Source: a virus. Taken from it: DNA of 64,000 nucleotides. The notes beneath the pieces were generated by a model. That model saw only the letters and a program-made list of their open reading frames with translations. It was not told where the DNA came from and made no database searches. The position numbers were made by a program, and so were the translations under genes. Shown piece after piece: positions 10,201 to 17,872 of the stretch. Every line of letters starts with the position of its first letter. Position 1 is the stretch's first letter. The stretch lies in the IMG/VR virus record IMGVR_UViG_3300033144_005525, positions 127,127 to 191,126 of that record; one strand, 5' to 3'.

Positions 10201-13200
10201 TCCAGGTTTCTGCGGTGTGCCTACGAACACAGGGTTTGGCATCGGCTCTGCCAGAGCTATGTGAGACCAGTTGAGTCCTTTGCCAGGTTCGTTAGGACTA
10301 GGTAGACCTCCAGTGATCTCTGGATCAAATAATCCCTTCTCGAGCTCCTTGGCATCCTTTCCACGAAGCACACGACCAGCATCTTTGATCTCTCCATTCG
10401 AGAGATTCAAGACCCCTTTGTCTGTGAGAGGGACAAGCTGCAGCTCATTTCCCTCCTTCTTAGTGTCGATGCCTAACCCCTTCAGATAAGCCTCAAACTT
10501 CTTGTAGGCAAAAGTAGGGCGTGGCGCAGGAATTGGCTGCCCCATCTGCACACGATGCCAGAAGTCTACGTGCGCTTGCGGATTCATGTTGTCGTCTACC
10601 TGACGATCCGCCTTGTACGTGGCCATCTCCTTTAGGTTCTCACGAGCTCCATGAGCCAACAGACTGTAGAACTCCAACTGTCCGATTCCCTGCCCCGGAT
10701 GCTCTGCCCCCGTACCCTTAGGAGCACCGTCGATGGAGTAGTTGGGTCCATGACTTCGGACAGTCAACTTCTTATCCACCTGATGCTTGAGTTTCATAAT
10801 GTACTGGTCCCCCGTCAGTACATTTCCAATCCTCTTCTTGGTCTCTGGATCAAACAGCTCTTCTTGATCCGATAGCCCATGATTAGCCAAATCCTTCTTC
10901 ACACCCTCGGTGTAGTCGATGTTGGCCCCACCAAAGTTGTTCACCAAGTAAGGACGACCTGTCTTCTTGGCTATTTTGCTGGAGGCTGTCTCCAACATTT
11001 GACCCAAGTTGATGCGACTGGGCACACCAGACGGATTCATCAGCACTTCTACATGCTCTCCGTCAGGACTCCCCTTACGTGGCATCTCTGCGTTGGGAAT
11101 TATCTTGGTGATAATGGCCTTGTTTCCGTGGCGACCAACAATCTTGTCACCCACCTCGGCAGGCTCTTCTGTGCGGATGTGAACTACAGCACCCTTCCCA
11201 TTCGGGATCTTATGTACCTTGACCACCTCACCAGGATTCTGAGACTCCCACTTGGAGCTTCTATCGGCGTACTCGAACAGCTTCCTGTCCAGTCTAGAGG
11301 CCATACGAGAGACAACGCCGAGGTTCTCCCTCTTCCCGACGGCAGCCACCAAGATGTCCCCAGTGTCCACTTTCTGCCCTACACGAATGACCCCATCGTC
11401 ATCCAGTTTATCCAACTGCTCTCGAGTCATTTGCTTCGAAGTAGTGGAAGCGTATGCCTGGAACTTCTTCTTGTTCATGAAGTCTTTGGAAGGGTCAATC
11501 TCCACACTCTTCCGATAGACATGCTCTGAAGTAAGTTTGTCGGCAGCTGAATCAGAAATGACGATGCCGTCCTCGAAGTTGTAACCCTTGTAAGGCAGGT
11601 AACTAACCCGCAGGTTTGTTCCCAGCGCTAGTCCACCATCCCTGGTGAAGTTCGTGTCGGCCAGGACCTGCCCTTTCTTTACCTCAGCACCGACCTCTAC
11701 TACGGGCTCTGAGTTCATGAAGGACTTTGCGTCATTCAGAGGGAAGTGATTGTAGAGCTGTACCTCGTGCTTCTTTCTATCCTTCCCCTTGATGATAATC
11801 GAGTCCGGATACTCGTTGTCGGTCTGATCAGAACGGATCTTCAAGACCTTTCCGTCAACAGGAGAGGAGTGAGAGAACGGACCACCAATGATCTTTTCCC
11901 AGCTATCCTTTCCTCCACGTACCTGGACAAGTGGAAGCTCTCTATCCCTCAGACCCACTGCCTGGTTGGCTTGGCGAGAGGCCGTCATCGTCCTGTTGCC
12001 CTGGTTGTTCTGAAGGAACGGAATCAGGTTGGTGGCTTCATCGAACAACTGATGAGGAGATACAAACAAGTAGCGAGCCTTCTTGAAAGGCTGCTTGATG
12101 ATGTCCCCTGTCTTGGGGTCCTTCATCTTCACTGTGGGGGATATAGGCTTGGGGCCTTTTCCATCCTCCCATGTGACTTGATCAGGAAGTAGGACGTACT
12201 CCGAATGGAGCTCCGCTGGAGTGACTCCGTTCCTACCCTTCCTGAATTTCTTTTCCTTCAGGTCGTAGACCAGTGCCTTGACGTCTTCCCCATCCTTGAC
12301 GACACCCATAGGCAAGTTGAGGCTGATGCCTGTTCTCTTGCTCTCCGGTGTGTGGATAGGATCCAAGAAGCCCATATGGCTGGGGTTGATGAGTTTCATA
12401 GAGCGGGACAAAGTCCTCTCGCTCTTGATCCCTCCCTCTTCTCCCCCAAGGATGGTAGTAGCTCGATGGTTGGAGAGCATCTCCAGAGGATTGACCTGCT
12501 CCGGATTCTCTGACAGAGAGGATCTGGTGAACACTTGATCGACGTGCCTACCGAACAGGTCTCCCGATACGACTTCTCGTACCTTGTCCTTCCTGTTGAT
12601 GTTGTTACTGATCTTCCTCTTGATCTCCCTCTGAGTAACGGCTTTGCCGATCCTCTCCAACAGGAAGTCGTCTACACTGGTGAGCTTTTTGAACACCAGA
12701 GAGTCTCGATCATCTGGTGGAGCTTCACCTCGAGCAACTTCAAGAACTCTCCTGGACGCTTGCAGCAGTGCATCACCAGTCACCGTCTTGTAGGGCTTAC
12801 CAAGAGTACGTTGGGTAGTCTCTGGCAGTAGCTCGGTGTTACCGAACTCTTCTACTACAGCACTGGCGATATCGTCGTACGTGTCACCCTTGGCCTTCAC
12901 ACCTCTTTGGCTGATTTTGCTGTAGAGCTGCTTGATGTTTCCTTCCGTCTTGTCTGTGACATTGGCCTTGTAGATGTCTGGTCCCCAGACCTTCTTCATC
13001 TCTTCGTCCTGGACACCCAAGGTCTTCAAGATGGAGTAGAGAGGTATGTTCTGGGTCCCCCATCTCATCTTGAACGCTTTGGTCTTGGGGCTGAATGGGA
13101 CCTTCAGCCTGGACTCTCGAGCGAAGGGCTTGGACAGTGCGAACTCTGTCTCTAGATCTCCATTCGCCTTGATCTGAGAGTACACACCAGGACGGAGTCT

Positions 13201-13539
13201 CCAGAGGTTCCCTACTTGCCTTTCATTGCCTCCGACGATGTAGCTGTATCGGTCGGTCGGTCTCGGTAAGGTAAACAGTTTTACCTTAGAGCGATCGACA
13301 ACCTTGCTGGTCTTCTTATCTACGAGGCTGATATCCCCATACACACCAGCTCCCCAAGTTCTATTGGACAGCTTGGCCTTTTCTTGGCTTCGAATGTCAC
13401 CGGATTCAGCAGATCGCTGATCTACGATAACCTCGTTTAGAACCAGTTTGCGGGTCTGTCCATCGACCGGAAAGCTAGCCTTGACAGACTTGACCGCGCT
13501 GCGCTGTAAATCTTTCCAAGTATCGGCTGGTGTTGTCAC
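7225..13539 (-). CDS. rpoBC: DNA-directed RNA polymerase, fused beta-beta' single polypeptide
   Basis: Beta motifs HTPES..TG, GYNFEDG, GDKIVGRHGNK, NPSGVPSRINLGQ, KLKH. Beta' motifs PVIPP..RP, LKRDPALH, YNADFDGD (9280-9300), RSPLKC...CSKCFG, GEPAMQL..SFHTGG. One uninterrupted 2104-aa ORF. Confidence 0.96.
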   Translation of the reverse strand: MTTPADTWKDLQRSAVKSVKASFPVDGQTRKLVLNEVIVDQRSAESGDIRSQEKAKLSNRTWGAGVYGDISLVDKKTSKVVDRSKVKLFTLPRPTDRYSYIVGGNERQVGNLWRLRPGVYSQIKANGDLETEFALSKPFARESRLKVPFSPKTKAFKMRWGTQNIPLYSILKTLGVQDEEMKKVWGPDIYKANVTDKTEGNIKQLYSKISQRGVKAKGDTYDDIASAVVEEFGNTELLPETTQRTLGKPYKTVTGDALLQASRRVLEVARGEAPPDDRDSLVFKKLTSVDDFLLERIGKAVTQREIKRKISNNINRKDKVREVVSGDLFGRHVDQVFTRSSLSENPEQVNPLEMLSNHRATTILGGEEGGIKSERTLSRSMKLINPSHMGFLDPIHTPESKRTGISLNLPMGVVKDGEDVKALVYDLKEKKFRKGRNGVTPAELHSEYVLLPDQVTWEDGKGPKPISPTVKMKDPKTGDIIKQPFKKARYLFVSPHQLFDEATNLIPFLQNNQGNRTMTASRQANQAVGLRDRELPLVQVRGGKDSWEKIIGGPFSHSSPVDGKVLKIRSDQTDNEYPDSIIIKGKDRKKHEVQLYNHFPLNDAKSFMNSEPVVEVGAEVKKGQVLADTNFTRDGGLALGTNLRVSYLPYKGYNFEDGIVISDSAADKLTSEHVYRKSVEIDPSKDFMNKKKFQAYASTTSKQMTREQLDKLDDDGVIRVGQKVDTGDILVAAVGKRENLGVVSRMASRLDRKLFEYADRSSKWESQNPGEVVKVHKIPNGKGAVVHIRTEEPAEVGDKIVGRHGNKAIITKIIPNAEMPRKGSPDGEHVEVLMNPSGVPSRINLGQMLETASSKIAKKTGRPYLVNNFGGANIDYTEGVKKDLANHGLSDQEELFDPETKKRIGNVLTGDQYIMKLKHQVDKKLTVRSHGPNYSIDGAPKGTGAEHPGQGIGQLEFYSLLAHGARENLKEMATYKADRQVDDNMNPQAHVDFWHRVQMGQPIPAPRPTFAYKKFEAYLKGLGIDTKKEGNELQLVPLTDKGVLNLSNGEIKDAGRVLRGKDAKELEKGLFDPEITGGLPSPNEPGKGLNWSHIALAEPMPNPVFVGTPQKPGPAVVLSGLKYPEFEDIVKGKKDIDGKIGGEAIRHLLDQVDVDAELKKTVAELPNLRKAKLNHANRKAKYLRALKELKLSPSEAYVMNNVPVIPPVFRPIVPMPDGSLRFDDINHLYKDLGIVNNKLKDKILDLPEADQPLREELYDLLKATMGTGGVPQYESNRQLKGILDTVAGPSPKQGFFQRKLMKRRQELSMRSTIIPEPEMHLDRVGIPRSAAMELYKPFVIRELKRTGRSPLQAHKDIKEETAVAWAALEKIIEDRPVLLKRDPALHKFNFMAFKPQLVDGKAIRIHPLVTAGYNADFDGDTMSAFVPLTDKAVRESRKMFPSNNLFSSTNGGVMYAPEQESLLGIHLLSKWGKDVGKKFSTYADAKKACDRGIVTAQDVVTVNGKKTTVGRLMLAHQLPKRFRDNKDLLHNPRFVLNKFSDSKDKNKVGVHDILSEIARDDPRNYANTVDRLKNLGNQHSYEFGFSIGLSDLGLGEDKAVREEILAKADVVAAKIMAGKLSQEDKDIKLVANYTKATDDMKKKLKPRIEASGNNIFTMVDSGTRGNWSQFRQMNIAPMLMQDATGRTLPTPVRKSYSEGLDVGDYWTALHGARMGTLQRAEGTSEPGMLTKEIVNTVIPEMIVSKDCKVGDGISMGIHEEDVHGRYLAKKVKAGGRLHEEGSLVTPHLLSQLKKNGVGKVVVRSPLKCSHGRGICSKCFGLNENGEDHSVGTNIGVIAGHALGEPAMQLAMDSFHTGGVAGSRGAGAVSRIGRLKQLLNPPKKLPGSATLSRVGGKVQKIERDKDTQGWNVYIGGEKHYAPSQRKLLRDGKPLQVGSSMKKGSPLTDGPINPRELLPLTDIPTVQNYLTKELYDGIYKDERVKRRNIEMVVRSLTNLTQVKDPGDSDYFSGDIVLRSVIEEENKKAGSRSAPVTHRPVIKGLSQGALDQQEDWMARLNFRKLKETLMEGASKGWKTNLHGNNPIPAYAYGAEFGEGTPKKTHLY

Positions 13540-14001
13540 CTGTGCGCTCCCTCGGGAATTCAGGCCTACGTATGTTCGTTCGGATCCTATGCACCTGCGC
13601 TCAGAGCAGTCCTCGGACCTTAGAACTTCAAATTAGGTTACGCCAAACAAAACTCTGCGTCCAGAGGGCATAAGAGTGTTGATGGGGCACCTCTGCCCGC
13701 TTCTGGGTATGTGACCCAGGGAAAAACCATGAGCCCCAACAGCAAGAATTTAGGAGAAAACCATGAAACAGACCAACACACGGGACCCGACCGCGACTAC
13801 CAAACCCAGTACGAGGACAACAAGACTGAGGCTCTCCTATTCCGCACAGACCAGCAGGTAGGAGAAGGCCAGTACGGAGGCTACAGCTACAACCCAGGGA
13901 AGTAGGGTATAGGCCCGTGAGCCTATTCCTGATCGCCGTAGCATTCGCTTTCGTGACCAGGTCTATTCTGATAATCGAGTATCATTGGCGGCAGTACTTG
14001 C
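13540..14001. promoter_or_regulatory. Divergent intergenic control region between rpoBC (minus) and the small-gene cluster (plus)
   Basis: Largest gap without a convincing ORF. Contains GGCATAAG at 13667-13674, an RBS-led 32-aa ORF (13763-13861) and a small hairpin ATAGGC-N6-GCCTAT at about 13909-13926. Confidence 0.5.
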
Positions 14002-14400
14002 ATGGCGGGTGGTGAAGTAGGGGCGTTCTGTCCGATTCTGTGGGAAGCAAACCATGGCAGGACAAACAAGGACGGAACGCCTCTGTTCGAGTCGGGGCTG
14101 TTGATTCAGGGTGTCTGCGAGAGTCCTCAAGATTGCGATCGATGCGGACTACTGCAGAACGCCAGGACTCAGATGTACGGACAAAACGTGACTACCTTGT
14201 GGGTCTGTCCGGACTGTTCTGGTGAGTCCATGAAGAGAGCCAAAGCCGACGACGTAGCTGCCAGCCTCCCAGGCTATTTCACCGAGGGGTACTGCCAACA
14301 CCCGCAGTGCGCCAGACCAAACGGTGATCAGTCTGACCAAGAGGCCAGATACTCAATACTCCTGCAGCTACTGACTGTTGCAGGAGCCACAATCCCATAG
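14002..14400 (+). CDS. Cys-rich hypothetical protein (putative Zn-binding)
   Basis: CPIL, CESPQDCDRC, CPDC, CQHPQC. Abuts the RBS of the next gene. Confidence 0.7.
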   Translation: MAGGEVGAFCPILWEANHGRTNKDGTPLFESGLLIQGVCESPQDCDRCGLLQNARTQMYGQNVTTLWVCPDCSGESMKRAKADDVAASLPGYFTEGYCQHPQCARPNGDQSDQEARYSILLQLLTVAGATIP

Positions 14401-14410
14401 GAGGCCATCA

Positions 14411-14716
14411 ATGGTCATTTGCTGTGGGTGCGGAGACCCTTTCGCTGCCGCAGACGGTGGCCTGATGATCAAGCCAGTTGTTGGCGTGGCCAGTCCCAAG
14501 TCAGGCAGATCCATACCTAACGAGAGTACGTTTCCGGACGGATCGAGGGAAAAGTTCCTATGCAACACATGCTGCTTTTCGGCAACTGAGGTAGGTGTCG
14601 TAGTTGGAATCTACGATACCGGCTACGACTTCCCCCACGAAAAGGAGGTGCACCCTGGCGCAGTGTCTGGAGTGTTCCCAACCTATCAACTTGGGTCAGG
14701 AGTTCATAAGAATTGA
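14411..14716 (+). CDS. Small Zn-finger-like protein (paralog of the next gene)
   Basis: AGGAGG RBS precedes ATG at 14411. MVICCGC...SPKSGRSIP...CNTC. Confidence 0.7.
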   Translation: MVICCGCGDPFAAADGGLMIKPVVGVASPKSGRSIPNESTFPDGSREKFLCNTCCFSATEVGVVVGIYDTGYDFPHEKEVHPGAVSGVFPTYQLGSGVHKN

Positions 14717-15053
14717 AACTGGAGTAGTAGTGGTGTCGAAAAAGTCTGGGCGACCACTACCTCTATCTAATTCTGGGGAACTGATCCACAACGTTTGTTT
14801 CCAATCCTACTTGGTGAATACCAGCAACCAACTGTGGGACCACATCATCACTATCCTGCAACCAAAAGTCAGGAAAGAAGTTCTTCAAGAGCTTGGGGAA
14901 GAATTGAAGCAGGAAGCGTTCGACGAAGCAGTGGAGGAGCTAGGCAGGACATGTGTTGTGTGTAGCGAGGAGATAGAGTTCATGGCTGAGACGGATCCGA
15001 CCGAAATCCAGCCTCACCATTCAGCTCTTCCTCCACCACTCTCTCACTACTAG
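14655..15053 (+). CDS. Small Zn-finger-like protein, probable CTG start
   Basis: AAAGGAGGTG RBS then in-frame CTG at 14655. (M)AQCLEC...SKKSGRPLP...HNVC, plus a C-terminal CVVC. Confidence 0.65.
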   Translation: MAQCLECSQPINLGQEFIRIETGVVVVSKKSGRPLPLSNSGELIHNVCFQSYLVNTSNQLWDHIITILQPKVRKEVLQELGEELKQEAFDEAVEELGRTCVVCSEEIEFMAETDPTEIQPHHSALPPPLSHY

Positions 15054-15061
15054 TAGATAGC

Positions 15062-15104
15062 AAAGAGAAAGGCGGGGGTTCCATACCCCCGCCTCCTCTC
15101 TTTT
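15062..15104. terminator. Bidirectional intrinsic terminator
   Basis: AGGCGGGGGT-tccat-ACCCCCGCCT stem flanked by A-rich and T-rich tracts, between convergent genes. Confidence 0.8.
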
Positions 15105-15118
15105 AGCTAGTTGCTGCC

Positions 15119-17797
15119 CTACGAACAGCCTGTAGTTGCTCCACAGTTGCTGCACAGAAAACAGGAGCCGGACCTCTTGGTCAAGCTGCCACAATCTGAG
15201 CACGGTGGACCGTCGTAGGCGATCGTCAAATCCACCACCTGGATGGGAGGTTTGACGATAGTTGATCCAGAGGCTTCCGCTTTCTTCGGCTCCTCTTCCG
15301 ACAGGTAGCGGAGCTCTATCCACCTAAAGAGATAGTCGATGATGGACTTGGCAATGCTGATTTCATCGTCACCTGTGAAACCGGCTGGCTCGAAGCTCGT
15401 ACCCTTGAACTTGTCGCAGAGGAGCTTGACCGGAACACCATGTTGGATCCCGAAGGACACCGACTGGGCGAAGCACTCGAGTATTCCTCCCAAGAAACTT
15501 CCCTGCTTGGAAATCCGAACGAAGATCTCAGCTAGGGTTCCATCCGGATACTCCCCAGCCGTGATGTATCCCTTGACGTTAGCCACTCGGAACTTGTGGG
15601 TGACTGAGTTTCTTGTGTTCGGCAGATCTTTGCGCTCTCCCCACTTCCTGATGGAGAACCCATCCTTGTGCTCCAGCTTGGTAGCAACGGGCTGGGATAG
15701 CTTGCACCCACTCCTATAGATGGCAACGCACTTCAGGCCACCCCTCCACGCCTTCATGTAGATGTCTGCTACGTCTTGAGAGGTAGCATCCTCTGGCATG
15801 TTGACGGTCTTGGAGATGCCTCCCGACAAGAAAGGTTGAACGGCCGCCATCATGTCGATATGCCCTTGCGGCTTTAGAGCATGTGACCCAAGGGACCCAG
15901 CGAAGATCTCGTTGTGCTCCTCTTTGAATCCGGGAGCACCGTGAATGTCCCCATTGTTCCTGATGTAGTTCTCGATCTCACCGATTTGATCGTAGTCGTA
16001 ACCCAGGTTGAGTAGGGCAGGACCCACCACGCGGCTAGGCAACATCAAGACACCCTCTCCGACGATCTTCTTGTAGACCACGACTCCCAACATCGGCTCA
16101 ATGCCTGTGGTATCGCAGTCCATCAAGAACGAGATGGTTCCCGTCGGAGCTAGCAGAGTAGTTTGTGCGTTTCGGAACCCCCACATCTTTCCGTTGGAGT
16201 AAGCACTGATCCATGCATTCATCGAAGACTTGGCCAGATCGGTCCAAGGTTTATCGATAGGGACCGGAATCTCCCTGGCGCTTTCCAGATGCCTCTCGAT
16301 CACCGCCAACATGGGCTCTCGGTTCTTCTCGTATTCCTGGAATGGTCCTTTTGCCATAGCCAGGATCGCCGATTGGTCGTAAGCCCTGCCGCCCATCAAG
16401 GAAGTGATGAGAGCTGCCACGTTCCTACCCTCATCACTGTCGTAGGGTAGACCCCAAAACGTGAGGAGGGCACCGAGGTTGGCATACCCAAGACCCAACG
16501 GTCGGAACTTGTGACTCATCTCCGCAATTTGCGGACTTGGGTAAGAAGCAGCATCGACGATGATCTCTTTAGCTATGATGGCAATGTCGATGGCCTGTAG
16601 GAAATCATTCACCAGGAACCCATCATGCTTGGCGAACTTCATGAGATTAAGGGATCCCAGGTTGCACGCCGAGTTGTTCAGGAACAGGTACTCTGAACAT
16701 GGATTCGTGGCAGTGATCTCCCCACTGTTCGGGCAAGTGTGCATCTCGTTGATGATGGACTTGAACTGCAGTCCAGGGTCACCACAGAGGTGCGCTGCGT
16801 CACTCATCTCTTCGAACATCTCCTTGGCCTGGTAGTGCCGATGATCGGAGCCGTCCGCGTACTTCGTGGTCCACACACTGTCGTCCACCACCCCTTGCAT
16901 GAAATCATCTGATACACGCACGGAGTGATTGGCGTTCTGGTAACCGACCCTGTCGTAGACGTTCCCTCGGATGTTCCACTCCGCAGAGTACTTCCCAGTC
17001 TCGTACAGGGCTTGAGCCTCCCTCTCTGCATCCGCCTTGCAGCCGATGAATCCAGGAAGACCATTCCTCTGGGCGATGATGTCTGGATGATCGGCATCGA
17101 GAACATTCATCTTCGCGGCACGACGAGTGGTGCCTCCGGATTTGGTGACTCCGGCAAAAGCGTCGTACCCCTTCATGAACGACACAGGTCCCGATGCGTA
17201 GCCTCCTCCCGATAGTTTTTCCCAGGAACTACGTATGGAGGACAGATTGGCTCCGGTACCGGAACCGCCTTTGAACAGCATGACCTCTCGCTTGGCGAGA
17301 TCCATGATGTCACTCATTGTGTCGTCCACTCCCTGGATGAAGCACGCTGAGCATTGTGGGTCTTCCTTCACCCCTACGTTGAACCAAACGGGAGAGTTGA
17401 AGGCGTACATCCCATTCACTAGGAGATGCAGGAGTTCCAGATGGAAGATGTTGGAATCTTCCGGGAGGATTACACTCTGCCCCACACCTTTTTGAGTGAT
17501 CCATATGGCCACTCTGTTGAACATCTGCTTGGCCGAGAACTCCTTTACCCCACTGACTACGCGAAAGTATTTCTCGACAACGATGTTGATCGTGTTGTCG
17601 GACCACGTCGATGGCACTTCGACGCCGTCCTGACGGAACTTCTCGACTCCATCCGCACCGATCAATACGGCGTCTGTAGTCACCCATTCAATGGTGTCGA
17701 AAGGGTGAGCACCCTCATCGACGAAGTGGCGCTTCACGCTCAGTGGACGATAGTCGTCCTTGACTGCCGTTGACTCTGGAACGACGGTAGTCTCCAT
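15119..17797 (-). CDS. nrdJ: Class II (adenosylcobalamin-dependent) ribonucleotide reductase
   Basis: FNSPVWFN, QCSACFI, TNPCSE, ACNLGS, LGLGYANLG, APTGTIS, ISKTVN, plus a C-terminal extension ending in a Zn ribbon (CSDCG...CSNCG). GGAGG RBS. Confidence 0.95.
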   Translation of the reverse strand: METTVVPESTAVKDDYRPLSVKRHFVDEGAHPFDTIEWVTTDAVLIGADGVEKFRQDGVEVPSTWSDNTINIVVEKYFRVVSGVKEFSAKQMFNRVAIWITQKGVGQSVILPEDSNIFHLELLHLLVNGMYAFNSPVWFNVGVKEDPQCSACFIQGVDDTMSDIMDLAKREVMLFKGGSGTGANLSSIRSSWEKLSGGGYASGPVSFMKGYDAFAGVTKSGGTTRRAAKMNVLDADHPDIIAQRNGLPGFIGCKADAEREAQALYETGKYSAEWNIRGNVYDRVGYQNANHSVRVSDDFMQGVVDDSVWTTKYADGSDHRHYQAKEMFEEMSDAAHLCGDPGLQFKSIINEMHTCPNSGEITATNPCSEYLFLNNSACNLGSLNLMKFAKHDGFLVNDFLQAIDIAIIAKEIIVDAASYPSPQIAEMSHKFRPLGLGYANLGALLTFWGLPYDSDEGRNVAALITSLMGGRAYDQSAILAMAKGPFQEYEKNREPMLAVIERHLESAREIPVPIDKPWTDLAKSSMNAWISAYSNGKMWGFRNAQTTLLAPTGTISFLMDCDTTGIEPMLGVVVYKKIVGEGVLMLPSRVVGPALLNLGYDYDQIGEIENYIRNNGDIHGAPGFKEEHNEIFAGSLGSHALKPQGHIDMMAAVQPFLSGGISKTVNMPEDATSQDVADIYMKAWRGGLKCVAIYRSGCKLSQPVATKLEHKDGFSIRKWGERKDLPNTRNSVTHKFRVANVKGYITAGEYPDGTLAEIFVRISKQGSFLGGILECFAQSVSFGIQHGVPVKLLCDKFKGTSFEPAGFTGDDEISIAKSIIDYLFRWIELRYLSEEEPKKAEASGSTIVKPPIQVVDLTIAYDGPPCSDCGSLTKRSGSCFLCSNCGATTGCS

Positions 17798-17872
17798 AGC
17801 GACCTCCCTTTAGTTGTCAGATCAAAGTGGTTCGGATCTCCTAGCTAAGTCCGAAGCTTAAACCTTATGCCA

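Noticed and set aside
7225-13539. Window being a bacterial chromosome rpoBC locus
   Set aside because: There are no flanking ribosomal protein genes, the enzyme is highly diverged and reduced, and its neighbours are virion genes.
7225-13539. RNAP as K-x-A-tagged virion cargo
   Set aside because: No clear leader motif at its N-terminus. Its position in the structural strand is suggestive but not sufficient.
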